From Octopus sinensis (taxonomy: Eukaryota): DNA of 64,000 nucleotides. This document shows, piece after piece, positions 51,841 through 64,000 of this stretch. Made by a program: the position numbers and the translations under genes. The notes beneath the pieces were generated by a model. It was given only the letters and a program-made list of their open reading frames with translations. It was not told where the DNA came from and made no database searches. The stretch spans positions 74,214,001 to 74,278,000 of the forward strand of contig NC_042997.1 of NCBI RefSeq assembly GCF_006345805.1, in the 5' to 3' direction. The number at the start of each line of letters is the position of its first letter. Positions within the stretch are counted from its first letter, which is position 1.

Positions 51841-52213
51841 CATGTTTTGCACTGTATGATCACAACCTTATATAGTAGGGGTGGGGTTGGCGTAAGGCCT
51901 TTAGGTGTTCATGGGAGACAAGCAAAGGAAGACGAGATAGAGACTTCCGGTTCAGGTGGAGGGAGTGGGAGGGCAGGCGCACCACCGAGAACTGGCATCC
52001 ATGGGCTAGAGATTAAGAGACGGAAAAGGCCTATAGATAGATAGGCATATAGTGTAGGAATTAGATAGACAGGGTGAAGGACGATAGATCAGCCAGTGGG
52101 TGGGTAGGTGGGGGTCAGAACACGCGAGAGGGAGGGAGGGCGGGATGGTTCCTGGATTTGGAGAAAGACGAAATTAGAGACAAGGACTGTGAACGTGTGA
52201 TAAGTTTTCATGA

Positions 52214-52336
52214 GTGAAAGAATATGTTGGAAATTAAAGAAATGCATGACCTGGGGTTAAGACGAAAGGATGTGAAAGAATATGTTGGAAATTAAAGAAA
52301 TGCATGACCTAGGGTTAAGACGAAAGGATGTGAAAG
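52214..52336. repeat. 58-bp tandem duplication
   Basis: gtgaaag starts at 52214, 52272 and 52330; the two full units differ by one base. Confidence 0.85.
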
Positions 52337-52849
52337 CGGTACAAATAATTGCACACTGTACATTTTTTTGTTATTTGTCCCTTTTTCATTCTCTCCACCC
52401 CAACATGCATGCATACATACATATATATATATATATATTAAAAATAAAAGGAAAATGCACTGAAATATTTGTTACAAATATATACTTATGAGTTAAAATA
52501 GATACCCCTCTCTTTCACACTCTTTTATTATTGTCATTTATTCATTTGTTTATCTAATTTTCTCACAGTTTGGCTGACTGAAAACTCTTGGTTATAGCTC
52601 TAGTTAAGAATGCAAATACCCAATTCTATCTCATTATTATTATTACTATTCTTTCACACTAGCAGCCTGAGTTTCCTGAGGTTTTGCTGTTTCACAGCGC
52701 ACTTGCCCATTCCACCCCACCACCTATACCAGAAGTCTTTATCCTCTGACCTCTATTGGATGTCTTTCTCCTGAACACTTCTAAAGGTTTAATTTTCCCC
52801 CATCCCTGCTTAGGGTTTATCTCCTATGTAATGTAGTGATTATGTAGTG

Positions 52850-55800
52850 CATAAAATGATGGTGTAGTGTATGCAGGTTGAAGGCTATTGTATATTTATG
52901 ACTTCTGCCAAGTGCAAGCTTTCTTTTCAGGAACATGATGCTGCTGTTCCCCATCCCATGGTTTCACGGGCCCACACCTTCCACACCCTCAGAGTTGGGA
53001 CACTTAATGTTGGCACATTGAAAGGTAGGTCTGGTGAGATTGTTGCAATGTGCTGCATCCAAGAAGGTGGAGAGGAAGTTCTGCTAGGTTCCTCACAGGC
53101 AAAGAACATAGATATAAGATTTCCTGGGTAGGGAACAATGGACGAAGTCGGGGGCATGGGTATTCTTCTTGCAGAGAAAGACTACCTAATCAAGGTAGTC
53201 AGAGTCTGTGATAGAATACTTAAGATTAGATTGGTGCTGCAACATGGATTAGCAATCATTATCTTGGCTTATGCCCCTCAGCCAGGGCTACTTGATGAAC
53301 TGATGAACAGAAAGACCAATTTTATGACACCCTCTTGCAGACTACCTCATTGACAAATGAGAGGGACCTTCTCTTTGTGGCTGGTGACTTCAACGAGCAT
53401 GTTGACAACAGGCAGGTGGCTTCCATGGTATACATGGTGACTTTGGTTTTGGTTCTCACAATGAGGAGGGAACCAGGCTGCTGAAGGTCTGCATTGCAAA
53501 ACATCTTATGGTTTGTAATACTAACTTTGGGAAACCTGCCAGTTAACTATTCACCTACTGGTCTGGTAGACACACCTGTCAAATTGATAACATCCAAGCC
53601 AGGAAATGGGAAAGATGGCTACATATAAATGCCAAAACCTTCCCAGGTGAAAAATGCACCCCACAACATAGATTAGTAAGTAGTTAGCAACTTCAGGATC
53701 AGGGTTAAATGGATGCCCAGAAGATGGCCAACAGGGAAAAGAAAGGTCTGGAAGCTTAAGGATCCTGTTAATGGACAGAGATTTAGAGACGTATTACTTG
53801 AAGCTTTTGACAAAATAGAGGTGGATATAGCATAACATGATGTGGAAGACAACTGGAGGTTCCTACAGGACAACTTGTTGAGGGCTACTGACCAGATCTG
53901 TGGATGGTGCAAAATCCCCTCTCGACCCAAGGTGACGTAGTGGTGATTGTAGTTGCCAAGGCCATTAGGGAAAAGAAACAGGCTTGGAAGGACTGGAAGA
54001 ATGGTGGTAGCATGAAATCGCATTAGATTGCCAGAAGGGAAGCCAGGAGACAGGTTTACTTAGCCAGAGGGGAAGCAGATAAGAAAAAATTTGCCAATGT
54101 TCTGCATTGTGAGGACCAAAGACTTGAGGTATTTCATGTTGCAAGACAGTGTGTGAGTGAGAATCATGATGCCATAGGAGAGAAATGTGTCTGCATGGAT
54201 GATGGCTCACTTGCATTTAATGAGGCTGCAAAGAGAGAGACTTGGAGACATCACTATGAAAGGTTGCTAAATGAGAAGAATGAATGGAAGAAAGAAAGTC
54301 TGACGAATGTCGACCCAACAGAGGGACCAGTTATCTGAATTGACAGTACCTTAAGGGTATGAAGATAGGGAAAGCCCCTGGAATCACTACAGAGATGCTT
54401 AAAATATCTGGTGGTGTTGGCTATAGTTTAGTCACCCGTATAGTCAATCAGGTGATACACGAAGGAGTCATACCTAATGACTGGTGTAGCAGCACCATAG
54501 GCAATTGTTACACAGGTAAAGGTGATGCATTAGATACAAATAACTACAGAGGTATCAAGTTGTTGGATCAGTTAATGAAAGTTTCTGGAGAGGGCCATAG
54601 CCCAACTAATTAGGGAGATGCAGTTTGGGTTTGTGCCAGGGAAAAGCACCACTAATGCTATATTTCTGGTAAGACAGCTGCAAGAGGACTATCTAACCAA
54701 ATATAAACCTCTGTACCTGGTTTTCATTGACATGGATAAAGCCTTTTACAGGGCCCCCTGATCCCTTATCTGGTGGTCAATGCAGAAACTAGGGATGGAT
54801 GAGTGGTTAATGAGAGTTGGATAAGCAATGTACAGGGATGCTGTCAGTAAGGTGAGGGTTGGCAACGAGTATAGTGAAGAATTCCAGGTAGGGGTAGGGG
54901 TCCACAAAGGATCAGTCATCAGCCCCCTCATTCATCATAACCCTCCAGGCAATAACAGAGGAATTCAAGACAGGATGTCCCTGGGAGCTTCTCTATGCTG
55001 ATAACCTTGCTCTAATAGCTGAGTCACTATCAGAACTAGAAGAGAAGTTTCAGGTGTGGAAGCAAGGTCTAGAATTTAAGGGCCTTAGAGTCAATCCAGC
55101 AAAACCCAAAGTCTTAATAAGTAGGAAGGCAGACCAATCACAAACGCCTTCAGGTAGATGGCCCTGCTCGATCTGTGGAAAAGGCATAGGTAGAAACTCC
55201 GTAAGATGTACCCAGTGTAAGCTATGGACATATAAGTGGTGCAGAAATATCAAAGGAAGGCTAACTGGGAAGATAGATTTTGTGTGTGGCAAATGCTCAG
55301 GGGCAATAAACACTGAAGATGTGCAGAAAACAGCTTCTGTCACATGTCAGAGGTAAAAACTAACTAGTAGTTGATAGCTTCCATTACCTAGGTGACCAAG
55401 TCAGTGGTAGGGGTGGATGCTCTTAGAGTGTAGCTGCTAGAATAAGAATAGCCTGCGCAAAGTTTAGAGAGCTCCTGCCTCTGCTGGTGACAAAGAGCCT
55501 CTTGCTAAGAGTAAAAGATAGTCTGCATGACGCATGTGGCATGTGTGCAAACAGCCATGCTAGATGGCAATGAAACATGGGCTGTATCCGCTGAGGACAT
55601 GTGTAAGCTTCCAAGAAATGAAGCCAGTATGCTCCGCTGAACGTGTAATGTTGGTGTGCATACACAACAGAGTGTAAGTGCCCTGAGAGAAAAGTTGGAC
55701 ATAAGAAGCAGCAGATGTGGGGTGCAAGAGAGACGACTATGCTGCTATGGTCATGTGCTGTGTATAAAAAATGTCACATCTTAGCAGTAGAGGGAACCTG

Positions 55801-56410
55801 TGGAAGAGGTAGTCCCAGGAAGACGTGGGATAAGGTGATGAAGCATGACCTTCGAACACTGGGCCACATGGAGGCGATGATGAGTGACCAAGACCTTTGG
55901 AGATATGCTGTGCTTGAGAAGACCCAGCAAGCTAAGTGGGACCGTAACAGTGGCCTATACCAGTGCAGCATAATTGGCCCATTTAAGAGTACCCTTCAAT
56001 TATTGGGCAATAAACTGTGCTTGCAAAGTGAAGTGAAATCATGGCCAATGCCAGTACTGCCAGACTGGCACCTTTGTTGGTGGCATGTAAAAAGCACCAT
56101 TCAAGTGTGGTCAATGCCAGTACTGCCTGACTGGTCCCGTGCTGGTGGCACATAAAAATCACCAATTAAGCATGGTTGTTGCCAGTGCCACCTGACTGGC
56201 TCCCATGCCGGTGGCATATAGAAAGCACCATTTAAGCATGCCAGTGACACTCTCGGAGTGGTTGGTGTTAGGAAGGGCATCCAGCTGTAGAAACTTTGCC
56301 AGATCAGATTGGAACCTGGTACAGCCATCTGGTTTGCCAGTTCTCAGTCAAACCATCCAACTCATGCCAACATGGAAAGTGGATGTTAAATGATGATGAT
56401 GATGACGATG
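52850..56410 (+). mobile_element. Degenerate near full-length RTE-clade LINE
   Basis: RVGTLNVGTLKGRSGE, GEKCVCMDDG, NYRGIKLL, WKQGLEFKG, WPCSICGKG...CTQC...CGKC; 3' UTR with (GAT)n at ~56390-56410. Many stops. Confidence 0.9.
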
Positions 56411-56622
56411 AACTGGTTTCACTCGTTTGGATAATCATGACTGAATAGTTAGCGATGATGTTATAATTCCATGCTACCATTCCATTAGTTGTAGTTATTT
56501 GATATTGGTGACATCAGATAATTCAGTATAGTTGAAACTATACTGTGGATATTAGAAAGCCTAAGGTGTTGCCTCTGAGATGAAGAGAAAACACTCCATT
56601 GTTCTCTTACATGAGCAGAAAC

Positions 56623-57523
56623 TATGACGTACTATCAAAAAGTTCATGGACTAGTTCTGTAGTGTGCCAACAGATGACATAGTTGCATGCACAGTGAGAG
56701 AGCTAGCAGTGACCTTCATAAGGCAGTGTGCTGAATGACATCACTGTGTTTACTTCCCAAGTTGTGAAATTTGTGTTTTTGTGATCATGTGTATGCTGTA
56801 GTCTGTGATTCTGTTATGGACAGGAACAAAGAGCCAATGTGAAATTTTGTGTTAAACTTGGGGAGTCTGCTAGTGAGACAGTGATCATGCTTTGGCAAGC
56901 TTATGGTGACAAGGCAATGGGTTGTACTCAATGTTTTGAATGACATGGGTGTTTCAAAAGCAGAAGAATGTCTCTGTAATATGAGTAATCTGGGAGACCT
57001 GCCACAAGCATCCCCCCACCAGAAAAGTGGTACTGTGCATTGAGAATTCATCCTCCAGGGTCGGACTGTCAATCAAGAGTTCTACTGCAATGTTTTGAAT
57101 CATTTGGAGGAGGATATTTGGTGAAGGCGACTGGATCTGTGGAGCACGAAGAATTGGATTCTCCACAACAACAATGCACTCTGTCATTGAGCTCTTCTCA
57201 TTTGCAAATCTCTCACCCAAAACAACAAGGTATCACTTCTGCATCCTCCCTATTCACCAGATTTGGCACCTGTGGACTTCCATCTCTTCCCCAAGATGAA
57301 AATGCGGCTCAAAGTCACTGTTTTAACACTGTTGTCGAGATCCAGAATGAACTGTAGAAGGTCCTCAAATTGCTTATGGAAAACGATTTCCAGGCCAAAT
57401 TCCAAAAGTGGGTGCATTGCTGTGCAAGGTGACTATTTCAAAGGAGATGCTGTTAAAACTTAGGCAAATACGTTTCTTTTATTAAATTTAACTAGTCATG
57501 AAACTTTTTGATACCACATTGTA
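56623..57523 (+). mobile_element. Internally deleted mariner element with TIRs
   Basis: Inverted ends around tatcaaaaagtt(t)c..gactagtt. Fragments EQRANVKFCVKLGESASET...AYGDKAM and LAPVDFHLFPKMK. Confidence 0.8.
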
Positions 57524-58499
57524 ATTGAGAATATATCTACATCTCTGTTTTGGGATAATCATCCTTCTTCAGAGATGTATCACTATTCTTCAGTTACCAA
57601 GAAAATTGCATATCTAAATTGATGTGTGTGTAGCTTCCCTAATTTACATTGTAATACATCAACTGGCAACAAAATAAATGTAGTAATATATTGTATAAAG
57701 GATCATGGGTAAGGCCAGAACAATGTGAAGTAAATGCAAGGCAAATCGCAAGAAAGCAAATATATGGAAAGCAATTAAAGAGGCTGGTGAAGAAAATCTG
57801 AACGGGATTTTCTTCTGGCCCAAGTAATATATATCATATTTATAAAGAAAATATCACATGCAAATCAGGACAGCTGTTAATGTTATATCCTGATAAGCTC
57901 TGCAATTCAAATATAATAATTTAGATTCAAATCTATTAATTTAGATTCGATGTTCTCTAAGTACTTGAAAAATAGTGGTACATTTCTGAAGAGACCAAAG
58001 CAAATCTCAATCTTCTCGGCTAAAGCTTTCAATAAACAACTGTAGTATTATATACATCATACATATTTTGGGTATTATATGAGAAGACCAAAGAAGGAAA
58101 AAGAAAATAGAATAAGAAGCTATAAAGAGGTTGTTGATAAAAACCACAATGACAACCAAAATATAAAAGAAAAAGTCCCAGATGCCAACTCAAACTTTTG
58201 TAGAACTGAATTACTAGGAAATAAGATTGGCATCAACAATCCTTTTTGGAAAGCAATTAAAGAAGCTGGTGAAGAAAATCTGAATAGGATTTTCTACTGG
58301 GCCAAGTGGTATACCATACAAGATGCTATTCTGGAAGATGTGGAAAGGGGGACCATTCTGTTGTATAGGAAGAAGGTTGTTTTGTATCAAATGAAGAAAG
58401 ATTTTCAACCCTTAACCAATTCAAAACCATCTCACTCCTGAGTGCTGAAGGTAATGTCATCTTTTCAGTGAGAGTACCTTGCACATAATTGAGAATAGA

Positions 58500-59400
58500 T
58501 ACAAAAACACCTCAGACTAGAGAGGTGCAATTCCAGTCTTCTCTGAATGTCCAGGACACACTGGAGTTCTCAGTCAGATGATCTGGGAGGCCAAAGAAAG
58601 CAAAGGCAATCTGATAGGTAGTATGGCTAGACTTCATCATGCCTTCATACATGCAGCCTTAATCTGCTATCACATTCCTCCATTTCAAGGAAACAATCAC
58701 CAGCTACTTTGGAGATATTCAGTAGCATTTCAAAAGTGCCCATTTACATGTCCATAGCAAGATCTGGAGAAAGGAAATTGCAACTGGCTGTACAGTTTCC
58801 ACCATTCTCTTCATCATCATGGAAATAAACCTCCTCATGACAACTGCTGATAATGAAGTTCAAGGAACAACATCCAAAAAAGGGACTTCATAGATGATAT
58901 CACAGTAACAACAACCCACATGAAGGTGATATAGGTGCTAACTTCACCTGAACACATAGCATCATAGACTACATACAAGGAATATATTTCATTGATAAAA
59001 GAAAATCTGATTAAATACTTTGGAAAGTGGTTTGATGGTTCAATCACTGACAGGAGTAACATCACCAATACTAGAAAACAACAAGTGCCAGAAAAGGATT
59101 GAAAAACCAGAGTTCCCAGAAAAATTCAAAGTTTGGTTTTACAACACAGACTGTTCCCAAGACTAAAGGGGCTGTTGATATTATATGAGGTTCCAATGAC
59201 AAGAGTAGAAGGAGTGGAAAGAAAGTACTTCAGAAAGTAATTGAGTAACCATCCAAGCTTCATTTAAGTAGGCTTGTATATAAGATCAGGAGAGCTCCAA
59301 CTTCCTCTGTTATCCATTGTGGAGGAACTAAAGGTTGCAAAAAGCAGCAAGAAAGAGTCGCTTGCTGTTAAAGAGCAAGAGAGAAGGTTAAGCTGGAAAT
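58500..59400 (+). mobile_element. R2-Hero-like RT remnant
   Basis: Fragments QMIWEAKESKGNL, FIDDITVTTT, KYFGKWFD, QHRLFPRLKGLLILYEVP and LQLPLLSIVEELKV, heavily frameshifted. Confidence 0.6.
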
Positions 59401-59637
59401 AAGGAGGAGATGGTAAACAGTGATATGTGCATCATTACTGATCCACTAACAAGAAGATGTTATGGTTCAGTGTTGAAATATTCAATAATCATTGGACACT
59501 ATTGGATGACATAAATTCCTCCTGGCTAAAGCTATATTTACTAAAGATGGTTAAAGGAGTCCTCTTTAAGATGTAATCAACCTCTTTTATTGAAAGCTGA
59601 AACTTCAAGAATCATTACACTTAGTTTCACATATGAT

Positions 59638-59680
59638 TGTCTGAAGACTGGGAATATATATACATACACATACATGTCCC

Positions 59681-59734
<54 letters not shown>

Positions 59735-59771
59735 AATATATACATATATATATATATATATATACACATAA

Positions 59772-59816
<45 letters not shown>

Positions 59817-61579
59817 ATATATATATGGGACATGTATGTGAAAACTGGGAATATATATACATACACATACATGTCCCATATATCTATATATATAAAAGTG
59901 AAGTTGTGTGAGTGTCTGTCTCCTACGATTTAGATTCCTAACTACTCCCACATTTTGCGGTGCAGTTTAACCAAATTCGGGTATCTTATAGTCGTGATTC
60001 ATATCGAGCCCGTCTGGGTATTAGCGCGCATCTACAATGAGTCTACGATTTTAAAAATAATTTAGCATCATTTTTTTTCCATTTCTTCCAATTTTTTCGT
60101 GTGTCGATGGCGGCAGAGTTGGCGTCCATGCTCACACATGCACCTGTGTTGCTTCTCCTCCTTCTTCTCTCCCTCGTAAAGCTGTGGGGAAGGGAGTGTA
60201 AGGAAATCAACGTCGTAAAGCGTTGTCAAGGAGACCAGCGTTCTTTTAGAACAACGACTTCATGGCTTGAAGACACCAAAACAGAAATGGCTAAGAAAGC
60301 CCGAAAGCAAATTCTACAAAATCGGGAAACACGCCACACAGGGAAGGTTTCCCGTGCAAAGAATTTGCACAACCGAATGTTTTAGTTGTTGCACAACTTT
60401 TACTTAAAAAATATTATCCAAACACAAACTTTTGAAGGCAATATTGTATGGCGATGGTACTTGTGAATTATTGGTAATGGATTTAGTAGCCAAAAGGAGA
60501 GAGCAGAGGCATATTATGGTGGTGGTGGAGGCGATGGTAGTGGCAGCGGTGGTGGCGGTGGTGCTGGTAGTGGTGTTGTTGTTGTTGTTGGTGGTGATGA
60601 TGGTGGTGGCGGTGGTGATGATGGTGGTGGTGGTGGTGGTGGTGATGATGGTGGTCGTCATCGTGGTCTTTGTCGTGGTGGTCTTCGTGATGGTGGTGGC
60701 GATGGTGGTCGTCGTGTTTGTGGTGGTGGTGTTGTTGTTGGTGGTGGTGGTCGTGGTCGTGGTGGTGGGGGTGGTGATGGTGGTCGTGGTGGTCGTGGTG
60801 ATGGTGGTGGTGGTCATGGTGGTCGCGGTGGTCTTCGTGATGGTGGTGGTGATGGTCATGGGCGTAGTGGTGGTGGTGGTCATGGTGGTAGTGGTGGTGG
60901 TGGTGGTGGCTGAAGCTGTCGTCTGGGTTCTTCCAATTTTTTCGTGTGTCGGTGGCGGCGTTGGCGTTCATGCTCGCACCTGCACCTGTGTAGCTCCTCC
61001 CCTTCTTCCCTCCCTCGTGAAGCTGTGGGGAAGGCAGGGTAGGGAAATCAACGTCGTAAAGCGTTGTCAAGGAGACCAGCGTTCTTTTAGAACAACGACT
61101 TCATGGCTTGAAGTCGCCAAAATAGAAATCGCTAAAAAAGCTGAAACAGATCCACAAAAATGGCAAAAACCGCCACACGGGGCAGGTTTCCTGTGCAAAC
61201 AATTTGCACAACCGAATGTTTTAGTTGTTGCACAAATCTTTATATATAAAAGTGAAGTTGTGTGTCTGTCTCCTGCGATTTAGATTCCTAACTACTCCCA
61301 CATTTTGCGGTGCAGTTTAACCAAAACCGGGTATCTTATAGTCGTGATTCATATCGAGCTCTTCTGGGTATTAGCGCGCGTCTATGATGAGTCTATGATT
61401 TAAAAAAAAAATTACCATCCTTTTTTATTCCATTTTTAATGCATTATTTTGCTATTTTTTTGCTATAACTCACTAAAAATGCTTATATAGTTATTTCCCT
61501 TACAAATCCAAGCAACGCCGGGCGATACATATATATGGGACATGTATGTGTATGTATATATATTCCCAGTCTTCAGACA
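59638..61579. mobile_element. Rearranged Helitron-like non-autonomous block bounded by ~50-bp inverted repeats
   Basis: tgtctgaagactgggaatatatatacatacacatacatgtcccatatata (59638-~59689) is inverted at ~61528-61579. Inside, module A (tataaaagtgaagttg..., ~59890 and ~61244) and module B (~60086 and ~60929) are arranged A-B-(GGT)n-B-A. The Helitron assignment is tentative. Confidence 0.55.
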
Positions 61580-62633
61580 CTGGCAGAGATATCCAGTGTT
61601 CCCCATGTTATATGGAATTGAAGAATTAGACTTTTCTTTTATATTTTCTCTAATGAACTGGAATACCTATGATTCAAATTTCATCAAAATTGCAGATTAA
61701 GAATTTTAATGGGGGTTCTTTCCCTCTTTACACACCTTAACAAAAATTCTAATTATGACATATTTATCCCATACTACTCATCTTTATGCCTAGATTCCAA
61801 AATCCAAATCTTACAGAACCTATTCAAAGGTTTTTGCTCCTGAAAAACAGAGCACATGGAGCTCTAAAATGTGGTAATTAAGGCCCCTATTAGTGGTAGT
61901 GGTGGGGTCTTACAGTCAGCCAGAGAAGTTGAATGTTGGGAATCTTTTTTAACTTCTGTTTTATATCTATTGTTCAAATTTCTTTGAAATCAGAAATAAA
62001 TGAATGTTCACTGGGTTTGTAAAAGAGAGCAAAGCTAGAAGAAACCAAACAACAAATTATCACAATAAGCAGTCAGCTACCCTACCCAAGTTGTTACCAC
62101 TACCCAATGTAGGATTCCTCCTCATACAGGTGGCCAGCACAGCTATAAGATGCATTACAGATCTATAGCAATTGGAAGGGCGTGACCCAACTCAAATAAA
62201 CATTAACAACCATGAGACATGAGGGCTAAGGGGAAATGAAAGTGTCACCTCTGGAGTTTGCCAATGATCACCATGCTGATAGGTAACTGAACAGAATGAA
62301 TTTGCAATCTATAAATCTCTTTGAATGACCAATCTGGAAAGGTCTTGAAGTCAAAATTAATTCTGGAGATTATCACTGACCCAGTGATAATAAAGACTCA
62401 AAGGAGGTCTGCAACCAAATAACTTTATTCAAAATAACACTTTGCAACTGAATCAGAGGAGGCTTTCCTTTACTTGACAATTTATGCACTACATTGCAGA
62501 AATCACAATCTAAGTATATCTCAAAGCAAACTCTTATACTGTTGTACCATTGAATTACAAATAACACTCATCTTGTATCTTCGGGTGACTCTACAACTTC
62601 CAAGACTACAGTTGTATTCGTCTTGGCTTAGGA

Positions 62634-63470
62634 AAAATGACTAAATTGTTGGGGTTAAACCCCCATTAAGGGGTCTTACTAACTTCCTAAGAAGTTGAAA
62701 TTTTAGGAATATAACTTCATTTGTGTCTAATATCTATGGTTAAAATTTCATCAACAGCAAAAATATATGAATTTTCCTGGGGCTTATGGCCTCATTTATG
62801 CCCCCTCATTTCAAACATATACTGCATTACATCCACCCTTATGCATAGAATATAATTTCCAAATTTCATAAAGATACATTCAGTACTTTTGATCTTGTTT
62901 TGGATCATAAAAAATTACTAAAATTTAGGAGTTAAGCCCCCCCCCCCCCAAGGGGTCTTAGAAGCCTCATGAGAAGCGGAAACTTTGGGAATACTTCTTG
63001 ATTTGTGTTGAAATTTCATCAACATCGGAAATTTATGAATTTTCATGGGGGGATTCTGCCCCCTTAAATTCAAACCAAACATACTACATCATACCCACCC
63101 TTATGCATTGAATCTAAGTTCCAAATATCATAAGGATCCATTCAGTAATTTTGGTAAATGAAAAATGACTAAAATTTTTGGGTTTAGCCCCCATTAGGGG
63201 GTCTTAGAATCATCCAAAGAAATGGAAATTTTGGATATATTTAAAAATTTATTTCTAATACCTATGGGTCAAATTTCATCAAAATCTGAAGCATATGAAT
63301 TTTCACAGGGGTTCTGTTCTCCTCTATGCCCCCTCAAAATTGTATGCAACATCAGGCATTACTCTTCTCCCTAGGCTTAGATTTTGTGTTCCACATTTCA
63401 TTAGGATCGGTCCAGTAGTTTTTGAGACTATAAGTAACACACAAACACACATACATTTTTTAAATCTATC
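62634..63470. repeat. Diverged tandem array of ~250-280-bp units ending in an (AC)n tract (pearl/HINE-like)
   Basis: Units start aaaat(g/t)actaaa at ~62634, 62911 and 63162 and share ggggtctta, aaatttcatcaa and atgaatttt. The array ends gatcggtccagtagttt...acacacaaacacac. Confidence 0.6.
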
Positions 63471-63774
63471 TATATATATAAAACTGAGAATGTGTGTCTG
63501 TCTGTCTGTGTGAATCCCTAAAACTTGAGAACTACACAACCAATTTCATTCAAATTTTACACATGCCTTATTTAGGGTCCATATAGTGTCATGGGCAAAA
63601 ACATTTTTAACTTCTTGCCTAGGGCGAGCCACAGCAATATCATATATTCTCCACTATTTCAGTATTACGTGTTAAAAGTGAAACAAAAACATCTCTCTAT
63701 TGTAATGTCAGATGCTTTCACTTTAATACTGAAACTATTAAAGTGAAGCTATTATATAAGAGGGATGAACTTTT

Positions 63775-63878
63775 AGTGGACATCCATTTTGCTAGAAGAA
63801 GATCCGCTATGGTTTTACCACTAACAAAGGAATGGTAAGACCATAGTGGATCTTCTTCTAGCATAATGGATGTCCACT
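63775..63878. repeat. 104-nt hairpin (46-bp stem, 12-nt loop)
   Basis: 63775-63820 pairs with 63833-63878, with two G:U and one U.U on the plus strand. Confidence 0.92.
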
Positions 63879-64000
63879 TGCAGGTCACCCCTCTCATATG
63901 TATGTAATATAATTTTTCTGATACTTCAGACTTTTCAATATGCTACACCACTGGTTTTAAATTGATATTAATCAAATTAATATTCAAATTTTTACCCTTA

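Noticed and set aside
57764-58310. ~65-bp direct repeat (about 57764 and 58248) and ORF 58079-58441
   Set aside because: No recognisable domain; probably a duplicated fragment of the decayed element next to the Hero remnant.
60404-61283. Long poly-Thr, poly-Val and poly-His ORFs
   Set aside because: These are frames of a GGT/GAT trinucleotide array inside a repeat block.

Overview
An AT-rich, microsatellite-saturated eukaryotic window, most likely from an octopus (cephalopod) genome. That assignment is inferred from the repeat landscape, not from a database match. The only host gene is an outer-arm axonemal dynein heavy chain (DNAH9/DNAH17/DNAH11-like) on the minus strand. Four phase-0 GT-AG exons (47750-47977, 41688-41999, 38500-38742, 37485-37673) splice into 324 contiguous codons, and I could not find the flanking exons in the window. 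The rest is transposon-derived: four RTE-type LINE copies with a PHD finger, a near-intact CR1 ORF2 nested in one of them, R4/Dong and R2-Hero remnants, four mariner remnants, a hAT remnant, MITEs and Helitron-like pieces. The most striking structure is a ~7.9-kb non-coding, microsatellite-built imperfect palindrome (5966-13856). It carries four copies of a minimal type I hammerhead ribozyme motif, two tandem copies per strand, and further hammerhead-like motifs lie nearby. It resembles a Penelope-like or retrozyme-type self-cleaving RNA element with unusually large units. Almost all ORFs in the supplied track between 5 and 18 kb are microsatellite translation artefacts.
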